Below are positions 9,130 through 19,120 of a stretch of DNA of 40,440 bases, one piece after another. The position numbers and the translations under genes are program-made. The DNA is from Candidatus Methanoperedenaceae archaeon (GTDB lineage: Archaea > Halobacteriota > Methanosarcinia > Methanosarcinales > Methanoperedenaceae), in contig CAVWCX010000010.1 in the NCBI GenBank assembly GCA_963753595.1, positions 1 through 40,440 of the forward strand, given 5' to 3'. The notes under the pieces are model-generated. The model was not told the origin of the DNA and did no database searches. It saw only the letters and a program-made list of their open reading frames with translations. The stretch's first letter is position 1. Each line of letters starts with the position of its first letter.

Positions 9130-10858
9130 AGGCTGTCCGATAATTAACTGAAAAACTCTCCGATTTTTCCATAATTCCAAATTATAATCAAGCCCATTGC
9201 TTGCGAAATAATTTCAAAACATTTATATCATACAAATACAGTTTTTAAATAAATATGACTTTCTATAAAGACCTCAAAGACCAGGAACTGCTCTTACCTC
9301 CAAACATTCGTGATATGATACCAAAAAATCACATCTGCCATCTGGTTGATAAAATAATCCAGAATATGGATATATCTGATATCGAAAAGGAATACGAAGG
9401 AGCAGGACACCCCGCATATCATCCAAAACTCATCCTCAAGCTTCTGATATTGGGTCAAATAGATGGAGTACGTTCATCAAGGATAATAGCAAAAAATGCT
9501 AGAGAGAACGTGGTATACATTTACCTTGCAGGTCTTCTCCAACCTGATTTCAGGACGATAAGCGACTTTCGGAAAAACAATCTTGAAATGGTCAAATCAT
9601 CATTTCATGAAGTTGTAAAATTCGCAAAAGATCTTGGCATGGTATCTCTTGGTCACATATGCATTGATGGAACAAAAATAAAAGCCAATGCATCAAATCA
9701 CAGTGCAGTAACAAAAGATGATTTTTTAAAATTGAAGGAACTCGTTGAAAGAGAACTGGAAGAAGGCATCAGAATAGACGGGGAAGAGGACAGTATCCAT
9801 GGTGATAAGAATATCGATGAGCTGCCAGATAACATCTTTGACAAAACGATAGCGGAAAAATTGAAAGAGAAATATCAGTCAGGGAGCAAAGAACAAAAAG
9901 AAAAAATCAAGAAACAGGTTGATAAGATCGAAAAAGAAATCGAAAAATCAGAGAGTGCCATCAGTGCTACTGATCCTGAAAGCAGGTTCATGCCAAATAA
10001 CAAGAAGGTCACTGAATATTCCTATAATCCTCAGATAACAGCGGATTCTTCTTTTGGGATAATCATTTCCAACGATGTCACGTCAGAGGTAAGGGATGCA
10101 AATCAGCTTCAGCCTCAGATAATACAGGCAGAAGAGAATGTTGGAACCCTTCCGGAAGGTACGAAGGTGAGTGCTGATAATGGATATTCAAGCAGCAAGA
10201 ATCTCAAATTCATGAAGAAAAAAAAGCTGGATGGCTATATCCCGGATGAAAAAACGGCATCAAACCTGAACAAAAATGAAGGAAAACCAGAAAAACCATT
10301 CGGTAAAGAGAATTTCGATTATGACCCGATAGAAGATTGTTTCATTTGCCCCAATAATCAGAAACTGACGTTCCGTTTTGAGTATGTGGATATTGCCAAA
10401 AACAGAAATGTGCGGATTTATAAAGGCACTCAGTGTAAGCAATGTCCTGATCGTAAAAAATGTTCAAAGAACTCTCGGGATGGAAAAGTGATCAAGAATT
10501 ATGAGGGGATGGAAGAGGAAAGAAGGAAGATGGCTTCTAAATTGATGTCAAAAGAGGGAGCATTGACATATCAGACGAGGAAAAAGGTCGCAGAGTGCAT
10601 CTTTGGTCATATCAAGAGGAATCTTGGGTTCAGGGAATTTCTGTTGAGAGGGATTAATGGGGCGAAAATTGAGTTCAATCTTACCTGCATTGCTTCAAAC
10701 CTGAGAAGAATGTGGAACTTTTTGAATGGATTTATTGAAGTAAGATGTTAAATTGGAGAAGAAGTATCGTTTTTTTTTGTTTGTCTGAAAAATTAGGCAA
10801 TTATTGCTGAAACATTGCTTGAATAAACTGTATTTGATATCAAATGTCGGTCAACCTC
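9129..10858 (+). mobile_element. IS1182-family insertion sequence
   Basis: Imperfect terminal IRs gaggctgtccgataatt / gaggttgaccgacattt; 5-bp target duplication CTTTA at 9124-9128 and 10859-10863. Confidence 0.92.
9255..10751 (+). CDS. IS1182-family DDE transposase
   Basis: G.PAYHP, PDFRTISDFR, IDGTKIKANAS, TDPESR, ADNGY, Cys cluster, RK..AECIFGHIK. Confidence 0.93.
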   Translation: MTFYKDLKDQELLLPPNIRDMIPKNHICHLVDKIIQNMDISDIEKEYEGAGHPAYHPKLILKLLILGQIDGVRSSRIIAKNARENVVYIYLAGLLQPDFRTISDFRKNNLEMVKSSFHEVVKFAKDLGMVSLGHICIDGTKIKANASNHSAVTKDDFLKLKELVERELEEGIRIDGEEDSIHGDKNIDELPDNIFDKTIAEKLKEKYQSGSKEQKEKIKKQVDKIEKEIEKSESAISATDPESRFMPNNKKVTEYSYNPQITADSSFGIIISNDVTSEVRDANQLQPQIIQAEENVGTLPEGTKVSADNGYSSSKNLKFMKKKKLDGYIPDEKTASNLNKNEGKPEKPFGKENFDYDPIEDCFICPNNQKLTFRFEYVDIAKNRNVRIYKGTQCKQCPDRKKCSKNSRDGKVIKNYEGMEEERRKMASKLMSKEGALTYQTRKKVAECIFGHIKRNLGFREFLLRGINGAKIEFNLTCIASNLRRMWNFLNGFIEVRC

Positions 10859-10928
10859 CTTTAGCCCGGAGCAGTTCACTATGTTCTTAATTAATGAAAG
10901 AATAATTGTGCTAATGATTTTTTTGTTC

Positions 10929-11333
10929 TTAAATTTCATCGATCGATCTAACATCGATTTCTTTCACTCTCTTGAGATCTTCATCTTGTGTAATTAATTT
11001 GCATTTGTGGATATTGCAGGACGAGGCGATCATAGCATCAGGAAGCTTTATTTTATATTTCGCTCGTATTTTTGCTGCATCTTTCGCTATGGTAATGTCC
11101 ACATCTGTTATAGTAAGATTGTTTATAGCCTTCATATCTGTAAGGAACATCTCACCTTTCTTAGATTCGTTTTCTGCATAAAATCCGCTTAATATCTCCG
11201 AAACACAAATTACCGAAGTATAGCCTGCATGTTTTCCATTATGAACATCTAAAAGAAGTTTTTCTGCAAGTTGCCAGTTCTCCTCTTTGTTTAAGATAAC
11301 TAAAAAGATATTTGTATCAAGGAATATTCTCAT
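10929..11333 (-). CDS. vapC: PIN-domain toxin (VapC-like)
   Basis: MRIFLDTN, SEIL, LPDAMIA, LITQD; ATGA overlap with the antitoxin stop. Confidence 0.9.
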   Translation of the reverse strand: MRIFLDTNIFLVILNKEENWQLAEKLLLDVHNGKHAGYTSVICVSEILSGFYAENESKKGEMFLTDMKAINNLTITDVDITIAKDAAKIRAKYKIKLPDAMIASSCNIHKCKLITQDEDLKRVKEIDVRSIDEI

Positions 11334-11563
11334 TTTTCTTCCCATTCACTTCGAATTTTATGCTGGTATCTTAAACCCGGACCAAAAATGCCTTTTCCGA
11401 GACCAACAAGATTAGCCACAGGGTTCATGGGGGCTTTTTTAAGTACAACCTTTTCATCTTCTAAATCAAAAACTATCTTCTCTCCAGCTGTAATGCCAAG
11501 TATTTCTCTGAATTTCTGGGGTATAGTTATCTGCCCTTTCTTTGTTATCCTTCTATATTCCAT
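11330..11563 (-). CDS. AbrB/MazE-fold antitoxin (VapB-like)
   Basis: ITKKGQITIPQKFREILGI..G swapped-hairpin signature; directly upstream of the PIN gene. Confidence 0.9.
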   Translation of the reverse strand: MEYRRITKKGQITIPQKFREILGITAGEKIVFDLEDEKVVLKKAPMNPVANLVGLGKGIFGPGLRYQHKIRSEWEEK

Positions 11564-11671
11564 AATTAAGTATTACCATTTGGTAATACTTAAGAGTTTT
11601 GGCACTTTCACATGGCTTGGTTCTTCCCATTCAAACTTTCCTTGATTTACAATAAGAAACATTATTCGACA

Positions 11672-12589
11672 TTAATGCGCAAGCTGCAGGAAAACATCCT
11701 CAAGATCAGGCTGTGAAATCTCAATATTATTGATATGAACATCACAGAACTTCTTTAAAATATTATTAAGTATGGATTCAATATTTTCTGCAACGATAAC
11801 TACTCTTCCGGACTCATATTTGATATCAAGGATTTTCGGGATGTCATTCAATGTGGAAATTTCAAACTTGCCTTCATAATCAATTATTATTTTTTCACCA
11901 AGTTTCATTTGCCTCTTCAGTTCACCGGGCGCAGCATTTGCGATTATTTCGCCATTCTTGATAAAAGCAATTCTTTCACACAACTGTTCAGCCTCCCTCA
12001 TATAATGGGTTGTCAGGACAATAGTGATCCCTTTCTCTTCATGTATTTTTTTTATTAATTTGCGTATCTTGATAGCCATATCAGGGTCAAGACCCACCGT
12101 AGGTTCATCAAGGAACAGGAGGCGTGGTTCATTAAGGAGAGCTTTTGCAAGGGAAAGACGCTGCTTGGTGCCTGTTGAAAGCGAATCAAACCGGGTATTC
12201 CTGAACTTCTCAAGTTCGAGCATGCCAATTGCATTATTTATGGATCGTTCCCTGTTTTCCAATCCATAGAGCAATGCAAAATATTTGAGATTTTCATAAA
12301 CCGTGAGGCTCCACGGAAAATTCGGGTTTCCGCTGCTGATATTTACAATGCATTTTACGCTGTTGGGATCTTTTAATGCATCGATCCCGAAAATTTCCAC
12401 TTTCCCGGCATCCGGTATCGATAACGTTGAAAGTATGGATATGAGCGTGGTTTTACCAGCCCCGTTCGGCCCAAGGATGCCAAAGATCTCCCCCTCTTCG
12501 ATATCGATGGAAACGTTCTTCAGGACTTCCTTTTTTCCATCCTGACTTTTATAATATTTGTATATCTCTTTGGCCTTAACTGCAAGCAT
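11672..12589 (-). CDS. ABC-2-type transporter ATP-binding subunit
   Basis: GPNGAGKT, LSTGTKQR, LFLDEPT, TTHY, C-terminal DLEDVFL. Confidence 0.92.
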   Translation of the reverse strand: MLAVKAKEIYKYYKSQDGKKEVLKNVSIDIEEGEIFGILGPNGAGKTTLISILSTLSIPDAGKVEIFGIDALKDPNSVKCIVNISSGNPNFPWSLTVYENLKYFALLYGLENRERSINNAIGMLELEKFRNTRFDSLSTGTKQRLSLAKALLNEPRLLFLDEPTVGLDPDMAIKIRKLIKKIHEEKGITIVLTTHYMREAEQLCERIAFIKNGEIIANAAPGELKRQMKLGEKIIIDYEGKFEISTLNDIPKILDIKYESGRVVIVAENIESILNNILKKFCDVHINNIEISQPDLEDVFLQLAH

Positions 12590-12635
12590 GACTCTGATAA
12601 TGAGTTCTTATGAAATAAGTCTTTATAAAATATTT

Positions 12636-15600
12636 CTATGATTTTGGTATCTTCACAACAAAAACAGCCCCACCTTCAGGATTATCCTCAACCAGTATCC
12701 TTCCTTTATGAAGTTCAACGATTTTCCCGGCTATTGCAAGACCTAATCCCGAACCCTTTACACCTTTCTTTTCTTCCCTGTGGAATCTCTCAAAGATCAG
12801 TGTCTTTTGCGCATCTTTTATCCCTGCCCCGAAATCTTTTACACTGACAGACCAGGATTTTCCGCTGACTTTACCTTCCACGACTATCTTTTTTCCCTCA
12901 GGGGCATACTTTATTGCATTTGAAATAATGTTTATGAAAACATCTTCGATTATTTTATTAGCCCTTGCCGGCATGCTGCCTTTAAGTTTGTTCTCAATAG
13001 TCATTCCGGCACTGGCGGCAAGAGGAATAAGATTTGCAATTGCCTCCCCGATTACGATTTTCAAATCCAGATCCTCAAATTCAATATAATCCATACTCTC
13101 AAGTTTTGAAAACTTCGTTGCATTATCAATTAGCTCCATTCCCTTGACGAGATTTCGTTTAATGATATCGAGGCGAGATTTTTTACGGGGATTTTTTTCA
13201 TCTTCAAGGAAAAGTTCAACATATCCATGAGCCACATTAAGAGGATTCAAAAGGTCATGGTGCATGATATCAGTGAAGAGTTCCTTCATGCGATTTGATT
13301 CTTCAAGTTTCAGATTGTATTTCCTTATGGCTTCTTCAGCATTTTTGCGTTCTGTGATATCCCTGTCAAAAGCAAGGATATATTTATGTCCTCCAAGTTC
13401 TAACAATCCTGCGTTGATCTCAACCGGGAAAATAGTCCCATCCTTCCTGTGATGGTCTAATTCTGCTTTTATAGTTTCACCATTCAATATCCGGGTCATA
13501 AAATCCCGGGAATCACGCAATGATTCCGCGGTGTCAAGGTCATCTATTTTCATTGCCAGCAGCTCTTCTATCGAATATCCATGCATTTTGGCTGCCGTTC
13601 TATTGGCTGCCACTATCCTGCCCTCTTCTCCTTGGGCTTCCAGGATAAAAATGGCATCGGTGGCGCTTTCAAATAAAGTCCTGTAGCGTGTCTCACTCTC
13701 AAGCAGAGCCTTTTCCACCTTCTTTCGCTCTGTTATATCCCTGATAATACCCACCATGGCTATCGGAACGCCCTTTCCGTCTTTTACAATAGATGTTTTT
13801 AACCATATAGGGAATTCATGCCCATCCTTATTTTTTACCATTAGTTCCCCTGTCCAGCCGCCTGTTTCTAAAATTCCCGGTATTATTACTTTTCCGGCAA
13901 TTTCAGGATCAACATTCATATCCCCCACATTTTTCCCTATCAGCTCATCATTTGTAAAGCCAAACATTTCTTCCACTGCCATGTTGGAATAAATTATCTG
14001 GCCATCCATATCAACTATCTGGACCCCATCGGGTGCGTTCTTGACAGTCTCTGAAAAAAGTTTCAATGAATCTTCAGCGCGCTTTTTGACAGTGATATCC
14101 CTGAGTATGCCCATGCTGGCAACCCTGCCGCCATAAGTTACAATCCCCACATCCATATTGACTACAGGTTTTTCCCCGTTTTTGCGCAGGGCATGGAATT
14201 CGTATTCTTTGGGGACCTTTTCCCCTTTCTGCCTCCTGTAATAACGATCCTTGACCATTTCAAGATCTTCGGGGGCGACAAAGTTATAAAAATCAGTTCC
14301 AATAATCTCCTCAATACTATAACCAAGTATCTCCACACATCCCTTGTTAGCAAACACCATTTTTTCATCCTGTATAACAAACACTCCCTCATGGATATTT
14401 TCAACCAGAAGGCGGTATTTTTCTTCGGATTGTTTTAGCTTTTCCTCCACACGCTTTCGCTCAGTGATATCCCGAACATATTCTATTATCCCCTTCATAC
14501 TGCCAGTTGTTGTATCATTAAGAGGGTAACTGTAAATTTCCAGCCATCCTACTTCTTTTCCTCCAGGGCCGTGTTTGGGAACTACATTATAAGCTGATTT
14601 ACCGGTTTTGAGTGTTTCACTGGCAGGGCAAATCTCACACCGCTCTTTCCTTTTGTGGTATGCTTCATAGCATTTCTTTCCAATAATCGGCACAGCATGC
14701 GGATACCAGCGTTCGGCGGTCTTGTTTACACCGATAATGTTCATATCCTTATCGATTATCCCGATTCCGTCCTGGATGCTTGCGAAAATAGTTTCCAGGA
14801 ATCGTTCCCCCTCACGAAGCTTCTCTTCAGCACGTTTTCGTTCGGTGATATCCCTGACGATACATATATGTCCACTGTAATTCCCGTTCTCATCCCACAG
14901 ACTCGTGGCCATGACTTCCGTAGGGACCCTACTGCCATCTTTCCTGAGCCCGGGAAATTCTCCTTTATATACCCCACTATCCTTATTATACAACGTATCT
15001 TCTAAACCTTTTTCTACTCCAGGTATTAAATCAGAAGGGGTGACTTTCCGCCAGGTCTCCCCTATAAAATCTTCCTGGGAATAGCCGTATATTCCTGCAT
15101 ACGCTGCATTTACGTAGATATACCGGTCTTTTTCATCGCATATGGTAATGCCGTCGGTACTGCTGGCCATAGCTTTAAGAAGACGGTTCTTTTCATTTTC
15201 ATCACGCTTTCGCTCGCTGATGTCTGCTATTGCCGCAACCGCTCCGGAATATTTTCCGTTCTCATCTGTAATAGGGGATGTTTCTAAACTTGTATATATC
15301 CTTGTTCCGTCTTTTCTGATAAATTCAAAATCATGATGTTCTTTGACTCCTTGCTGACGTCGCTCCAGGTAGCGCGTTGCATTTTCCCTCCCCTTTTCAT
15401 CCATAAAAGAAAACAAATGCTTTCCCAGCATCTCATCGACGGTATACCCGAGCATCTGTGCCATACTTGGATTTACAAAAGTAGTGTTCGCATCTTTGTC
15501 AAGTACCCAGATACCTTCCATCAATGTCTCGACAAGCCGGCGATATTTCTCCTCGCTTTCGCGCAGGGTATGTTCCAGACGCTTTTGTGCTGTTATTTCC

Positions 15601-16424
15601 CTGACTACCTTTATTCCTGCTATGATGTTCCCGTTAGAATCCCTCAAAGGCGATGAAGTAAGTTCAAAATAAAGATCTCCCTTATCAGTGTCAACTCGTT
15701 TTTCCGATCTGTGGATCTTTCCATCCCTGAAGGTTCTTTCAACCGGGCAATCGTCGCATATCTGATCCCTTCCCTCGTATGCTTTATAACAAAGCTCACC
15801 CATCTTGTTCCCATATATTTCATTCTGGACCTGGTTCTGGTATATTATTTTATAATCAGTATCCTGGATAATTATACCATCACCCAATGCTGAAATGATA
15901 GCCTCGGATTTATTTTTCTCTTCCTGCGCCTTTGCAAGGGCACCATTTAATGCCACTCCATTTCGTTTACTTTGCGAAATATCCCTTATGATAGCAAGGA
16001 GTAACTTTTGCCCCCCAAGTTCCATAATATCTACATTGAGCAGTGCATAATATTCTGATCCATCTTTTCGTTTTAACCTCCCTTCCCAGTCCCTCACATT
16101 GCCTTTTTCACTAAAGGTTTTTAGTAAAAACTTTCGTTCTTCAGGATCAGCATAGGTGGCTCCAACACCAATTGTCCTGAACTCCTCAAGGGAATAGCCG
16201 CCCATCTCCTGCATGCTTTTATTGGCATCAATTATTTTTCCATTAAGGTCAGCTATTCCTATCCCAACAGGAGCTACATCAAATAATAAACGATATTTCG
16301 CCTCTGATTCACTAAGGGCTTCAATTACTTTCTGCCGTTCAATGTCAGCGTTTTCAAGCCGGATCAGACGTTCTTTTACAGCCTCAATTTCATCGAGCAG
16401 CTGTTTTTTCGTTTTTTCTTTCAT
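12636..16424 (-). CDS. Soluble multi-PAS (about 8 PAS/PAC) sensor histidine kinase
   Basis: Repeated DITERK linkers; H-box HHDLLNPL, N-box NAIKY, DFGAGI, GSGLGL; no transmembrane segment seen. Confidence 0.93.
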   Translation of the reverse strand: MKEKTKKQLLDEIEAVKERLIRLENADIERQKVIEALSESEAKYRLLFDVAPVGIGIADLNGKIIDANKSMQEMGGYSLEEFRTIGVGATYADPEERKFLLKTFSEKGNVRDWEGRLKRKDGSEYYALLNVDIMELGGQKLLLAIIRDISQSKRNGVALNGALAKAQEEKNKSEAIISALGDGIIIQDTDYKIIYQNQVQNEIYGNKMGELCYKAYEGRDQICDDCPVERTFRDGKIHRSEKRVDTDKGDLYFELTSSPLRDSNGNIIAGIKVVREITAQKRLEHTLRESEEKYRRLVETLMEGIWVLDKDANTTFVNPSMAQMLGYTVDEMLGKHLFSFMDEKGRENATRYLERRQQGVKEHHDFEFIRKDGTRIYTSLETSPITDENGKYSGAVAAIADISERKRDENEKNRLLKAMASSTDGITICDEKDRYIYVNAAYAGIYGYSQEDFIGETWRKVTPSDLIPGVEKGLEDTLYNKDSGVYKGEFPGLRKDGSRVPTEVMATSLWDENGNYSGHICIVRDITERKRAEEKLREGERFLETIFASIQDGIGIIDKDMNIIGVNKTAERWYPHAVPIIGKKCYEAYHKRKERCEICPASETLKTGKSAYNVVPKHGPGGKEVGWLEIYSYPLNDTTTGSMKGIIEYVRDITERKRVEEKLKQSEEKYRLLVENIHEGVFVIQDEKMVFANKGCVEILGYSIEEIIGTDFYNFVAPEDLEMVKDRYYRRQKGEKVPKEYEFHALRKNGEKPVVNMDVGIVTYGGRVASMGILRDITVKKRAEDSLKLFSETVKNAPDGVQIVDMDGQIIYSNMAVEEMFGFTNDELIGKNVGDMNVDPEIAGKVIIPGILETGGWTGELMVKNKDGHEFPIWLKTSIVKDGKGVPIAMVGIIRDITERKKVEKALLESETRYRTLFESATDAIFILEAQGEEGRIVAANRTAAKMHGYSIEELLAMKIDDLDTAESLRDSRDFMTRILNGETIKAELDHHRKDGTIFPVEINAGLLELGGHKYILAFDRDITERKNAEEAIRKYNLKLEESNRMKELFTDIMHHDLLNPLNVAHGYVELFLEDEKNPRKKSRLDIIKRNLVKGMELIDNATKFSKLESMDYIEFEDLDLKIVIGEAIANLIPLAASAGMTIENKLKGSMPARANKIIEDVFINIISNAIKYAPEGKKIVVEGKVSGKSWSVSVKDFGAGIKDAQKTLIFERFHREEKKGVKGSGLGLAIAGKIVELHKGRILVEDNPEGGAVFVVKIPKS

Positions 16425-16566
16425 TTTTCCCGCACAAAACTTTCATGGCTTTATCACACAATCTCATCTCGTCATTGTTCAATTGGCGATACGGGGGCAC
16501 CATCTGGTCGATAAACCTGATGATTTTCTTTCTTGCCTTTAATTGTAAAGTGACAATATGTTCCAT
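16390..16566 (-). CDS. Candidate 58-aa small protein upstream of and overlapping the kinase start
   Basis: Open frame MEHIVTLQLKARKKIIRFIDQMVPPYRQLNNDEMRLCDKAMKVLCGKNERKNEKTAAR* after AGGGG; below the ORF-track cutoff. Confidence 0.4.
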   Translation of the reverse strand: MEHIVTLQLKARKKIIRFIDQMVPPYRQLNNDEMRLCDKAMKVLCGKNERKNEKTAAR

Positions 16567-16671
16567 ACCATATTTCCCCTTATATTCGGATGTAAATTTC
16601 CCGTTTATGTAATAATACTATCTATATTTTCCTGCCTGTAGAATCCCAGCCAAAAAAGATTTACTTAAAAC

Positions 16672-17652
16672 TTATACTAACCGGGCAATAGCTTCTCCCA
16701 CATCCCGTGTTGAATATCTGCCCCCAAGATCCGGCGTGGTGATGTGCTGTGTAAGAACACTGTCAACCGCTTTATCTATTGAACTTGCCTCTTCTGTTTT
16801 CCCCGCCCATTCAAGCATCATCCTGGCGCTCAGTATGGCAGCTATCGGGTTAGCGATCCCTTTTCCTGCAATATCAGGGGCGCTTCCATGGATGGGTTCG
16901 AAAAGCGCATATTTATCCCCGATGTTGGCACTGGGGCATAGACCCAATCCGCCTGTAATGGCTGCGGCTTCATCGCTGAGAATATCCCCGAAAAGATTCG
17001 TGGTCACTATCACGTCATATTTTCCAGGATGCAATATCATATCATACGCCATGGCATCCACAAGCATTTCACAATATGATACATTGTTTTTCTTTGCAAC
17101 ACCTGTACAGACATCACGGAAAAATGAGTCGGATTTCAAAACATTCGCTTTATGGACAATCGTAAGATGTCCTTTTCTTTTTTTTACAAGAGAGCAGGCA
17201 CTCTGGGCGATCCTCTCGCTTCCTTTCCTTGTAACGATCCTCGTGGTGTACGCCGCATCTTTGTGCAATTCCTCAACTCCTGAGTACATGCCTTCGGTAT
17301 TTTCCCTCACAATGACGAAATCAAAATTTCCTGTGCAGGGCAGGTTCACATTCCTGAGGGGCTTAAATGGGCGGATATTGGCATACAGGTCAAGTTCTTT
17401 GCGAAGGCGCACAAGAACACTCTTATAATTAGGGTCTGGAGGAGTTGTAATAGCCCCGAACAGCACGCAATCGCATTCCCTGATGAGTGCAATATCATCA
17501 TCCGTGATGGCATTTCCAGTTCGTTCCCACTTGCCATAACCGATCTCAAGAGGCACTTTCTCAATTCCAAGACCAAAGGCATCAAGTACTGACAGGGCCG
17601 CAGGCATGACTTCCTTTCCGATACCATCACCGGGAACTACAGCGATCTTCAT
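16672..17652 (-). CDS. Isocitrate/isopropylmalate dehydrogenase family (LeuB or homoisocitrate dehydrogenase AksF)
   Basis: PGDGIGKEV, RENTEG, HKANV, NLFGDILSDEAA, EPIHGSAPDIAG. Confidence 0.92.
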   Translation of the reverse strand: MKIAVVPGDGIGKEVMPAALSVLDAFGLGIEKVPLEIGYGKWERTGNAITDDDIALIRECDCVLFGAITTPPDPNYKSVLVRLRKELDLYANIRPFKPLRNVNLPCTGNFDFVIVRENTEGMYSGVEELHKDAAYTTRIVTRKGSERIAQSACSLVKKRKGHLTIVHKANVLKSDSFFRDVCTGVAKKNNVSYCEMLVDAMAYDMILHPGKYDVIVTTNLFGDILSDEAAAITGGLGLCPSANIGDKYALFEPIHGSAPDIAGKGIANPIAAILSARMMLEWAGKTEEASSIDKAVDSVLTQHITTPDLGGRYSTRDVGEAIARLV

Positions 17653-18515
17653 TTTAAACCTGTTTTATTATTTTCAAGATTTCCTTTCAAAACTTTCACC
17701 AGCATCCGGATCGCATCCACGATATCGTATTCGGATGCGCCCCAGTGAACTACAGCCCCGTCAATCCCATTGAGGTTCACCATACCTGATTTCTTGCTCT
17801 GGCAGCATCGTGTGATAAAAGGCTTTGTGGGAAGGTAAAGTTCTGTTTTAAGTGGACACATGTTGATGTGCTTGTATGTAAGATCAGGGAAGCGAAGATC
17901 AAATATCTGTTTTGAAATGTCGCATCCCACGAGCGTGGAATTGTCTTCTATATCGGTATCAGTATCAAGATATTTTCCTTTGAGTTCGGAAGCGTGGCAT
18001 GGAAATACGACTTTTTCACCTTCGAACTGGCGAAGGTCAATTAGTTTTGTTGAGAAACGAATATTCAATTCACCGAGTATACCACTTCTCACAAGTCTCT
18101 GGATGGCAAAGTCAAGCCATGGGGGCTCTGGGGGTGCAATATCAATTATCTCTATCTCCATTACCTCATGCAGGCTTGGATCCTGGATAAAAGTAGTATG
18201 CCGGTCCATGCCCTCAAAAACAACAGTATTTACAGCACCTTTACATAAGGGAAGAGCGCATTCGATAAGCTTCGTCCTGTCATGGGAATCAAGTTTTTCC
18301 TTATATTTTGTTATCTCTTTTCCATTAGCTATCAACTCAAGTGAGACAAGTTTTCTTAACAGCCCTTCGCCTTCGCTTTTTACCTTATATATTTGGTAAC
18401 CTGATGGAAGCTGCGCGATCAGGTATTCTGTAGTAAAATATATCGGCCCCCCGATCCTTCCGGTCGGGTCTGTCCTGGTCATACCTACGCTTTTATAATC
18501 AGCCGGAAATATCAA
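17649..18515 (-). CDS. Hypothetical Cys-rich protein
   Basis: 288-aa ORF with 4-nt overlaps to both neighbours; FPC, VGC, MCP, RCC and VHWG motifs. Confidence 0.8.
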   Translation of the reverse strand: MIFPADYKSVGMTRTDPTGRIGGPIYFTTEYLIAQLPSGYQIYKVKSEGEGLLRKLVSLELIANGKEITKYKEKLDSHDRTKLIECALPLCKGAVNTVVFEGMDRHTTFIQDPSLHEVMEIEIIDIAPPEPPWLDFAIQRLVRSGILGELNIRFSTKLIDLRQFEGEKVVFPCHASELKGKYLDTDTDIEDNSTLVGCDISKQIFDLRFPDLTYKHINMCPLKTELYLPTKPFITRCCQSKKSGMVNLNGIDGAVVHWGASEYDIVDAIRMLVKVLKGNLENNKTGLK

Positions 18516-19003
18516 GGATTCACCTTTTTCCTGTGTTCAACAAGCCCGCCATCCGCAAGTATCTCGCGAAGGAAATCCGGGAGTTTTGTGGCAGGATATG
18601 TTTTATCATTATTTTTCACAATTCCATTCTCAAGATCGATCTCGATATAATCCCCCTCTTTGCAATCGATCCTCGCTTCAATAATAGGCAATCCCACATT
18701 AATTGCGTTCCTGAAAAATATCCGGGCAAATGATTCAGCTACGATGCAGGCGATACCTGCATATTTTAAAGCAAGGGGCGCCTGTTCCCTGGATGAGCCG
18801 CATCCGAAATTCTTTCCCGCTGCGATTATGTCACCTTTTCGGACTTTCTGGGAAAATGACGGGTCGATCCCTTCCATAACATGGGATGCGAACACGCTCA
18901 TATCAGTCGTTCGAAGGTATTTACCGGGAATTATGACATCAGTATCGACATTATCACCGAATTTCCAGGCTTTTCCCGATATAATATTGTTTTTGCTTGT
19001 CAT
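18512..19003 (-). CDS. 3-isopropylmalate dehydratase / homoaconitase small subunit (LeuD/HacB family)
   Basis: [37 protein letters not shown]. Confidence 0.93.
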   Translation of the reverse strand: MTSKNNIISGKAWKFGDNVDTDVIIPGKYLRTTDMSVFASHVMEGIDPSFSQKVRKGDIIAAGKNFGCGSSREQAPLALKYAGIACIVAESFARIFFRNAINVGLPIIEARIDCKEGDYIEIDLENGIVKNNDKTYPATKLPDFLREILADGGLVEHRKKVNP

Positions 19004-19120
19004 TTACTGCCAGTTCATTGTTTACGGCAAAGATAATAATTTTGGTGATTCCGGATTAAAATCTCTTTCAGCTTAAAAAAGAGTAAAGGATTTTAGTACT
19101 TTCAGGGAAAAGATAGGCCC

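Larger units (their letters stand above)
7845..10879 (+). mobile_element. IS200/IS605-family solo-TnpB (IS1341-like) element interrupted by IS1182
   Basis: Left-end hairpin CTGCGCCCT-TCG-AGGGCGCAG (7862-7882); right end reassembles to gctccgaggctttagcccggagcagttcac after removing 9129-10863; no tnpA; left boundary approximate. Confidence 0.85.

Noticed and set aside
16736-18399. Long antisense ORFs (230 aa, 179 aa) and similar short shadow ORFs across the window
   Set aside because: They lie opposite well-supported genes and reflect codon bias
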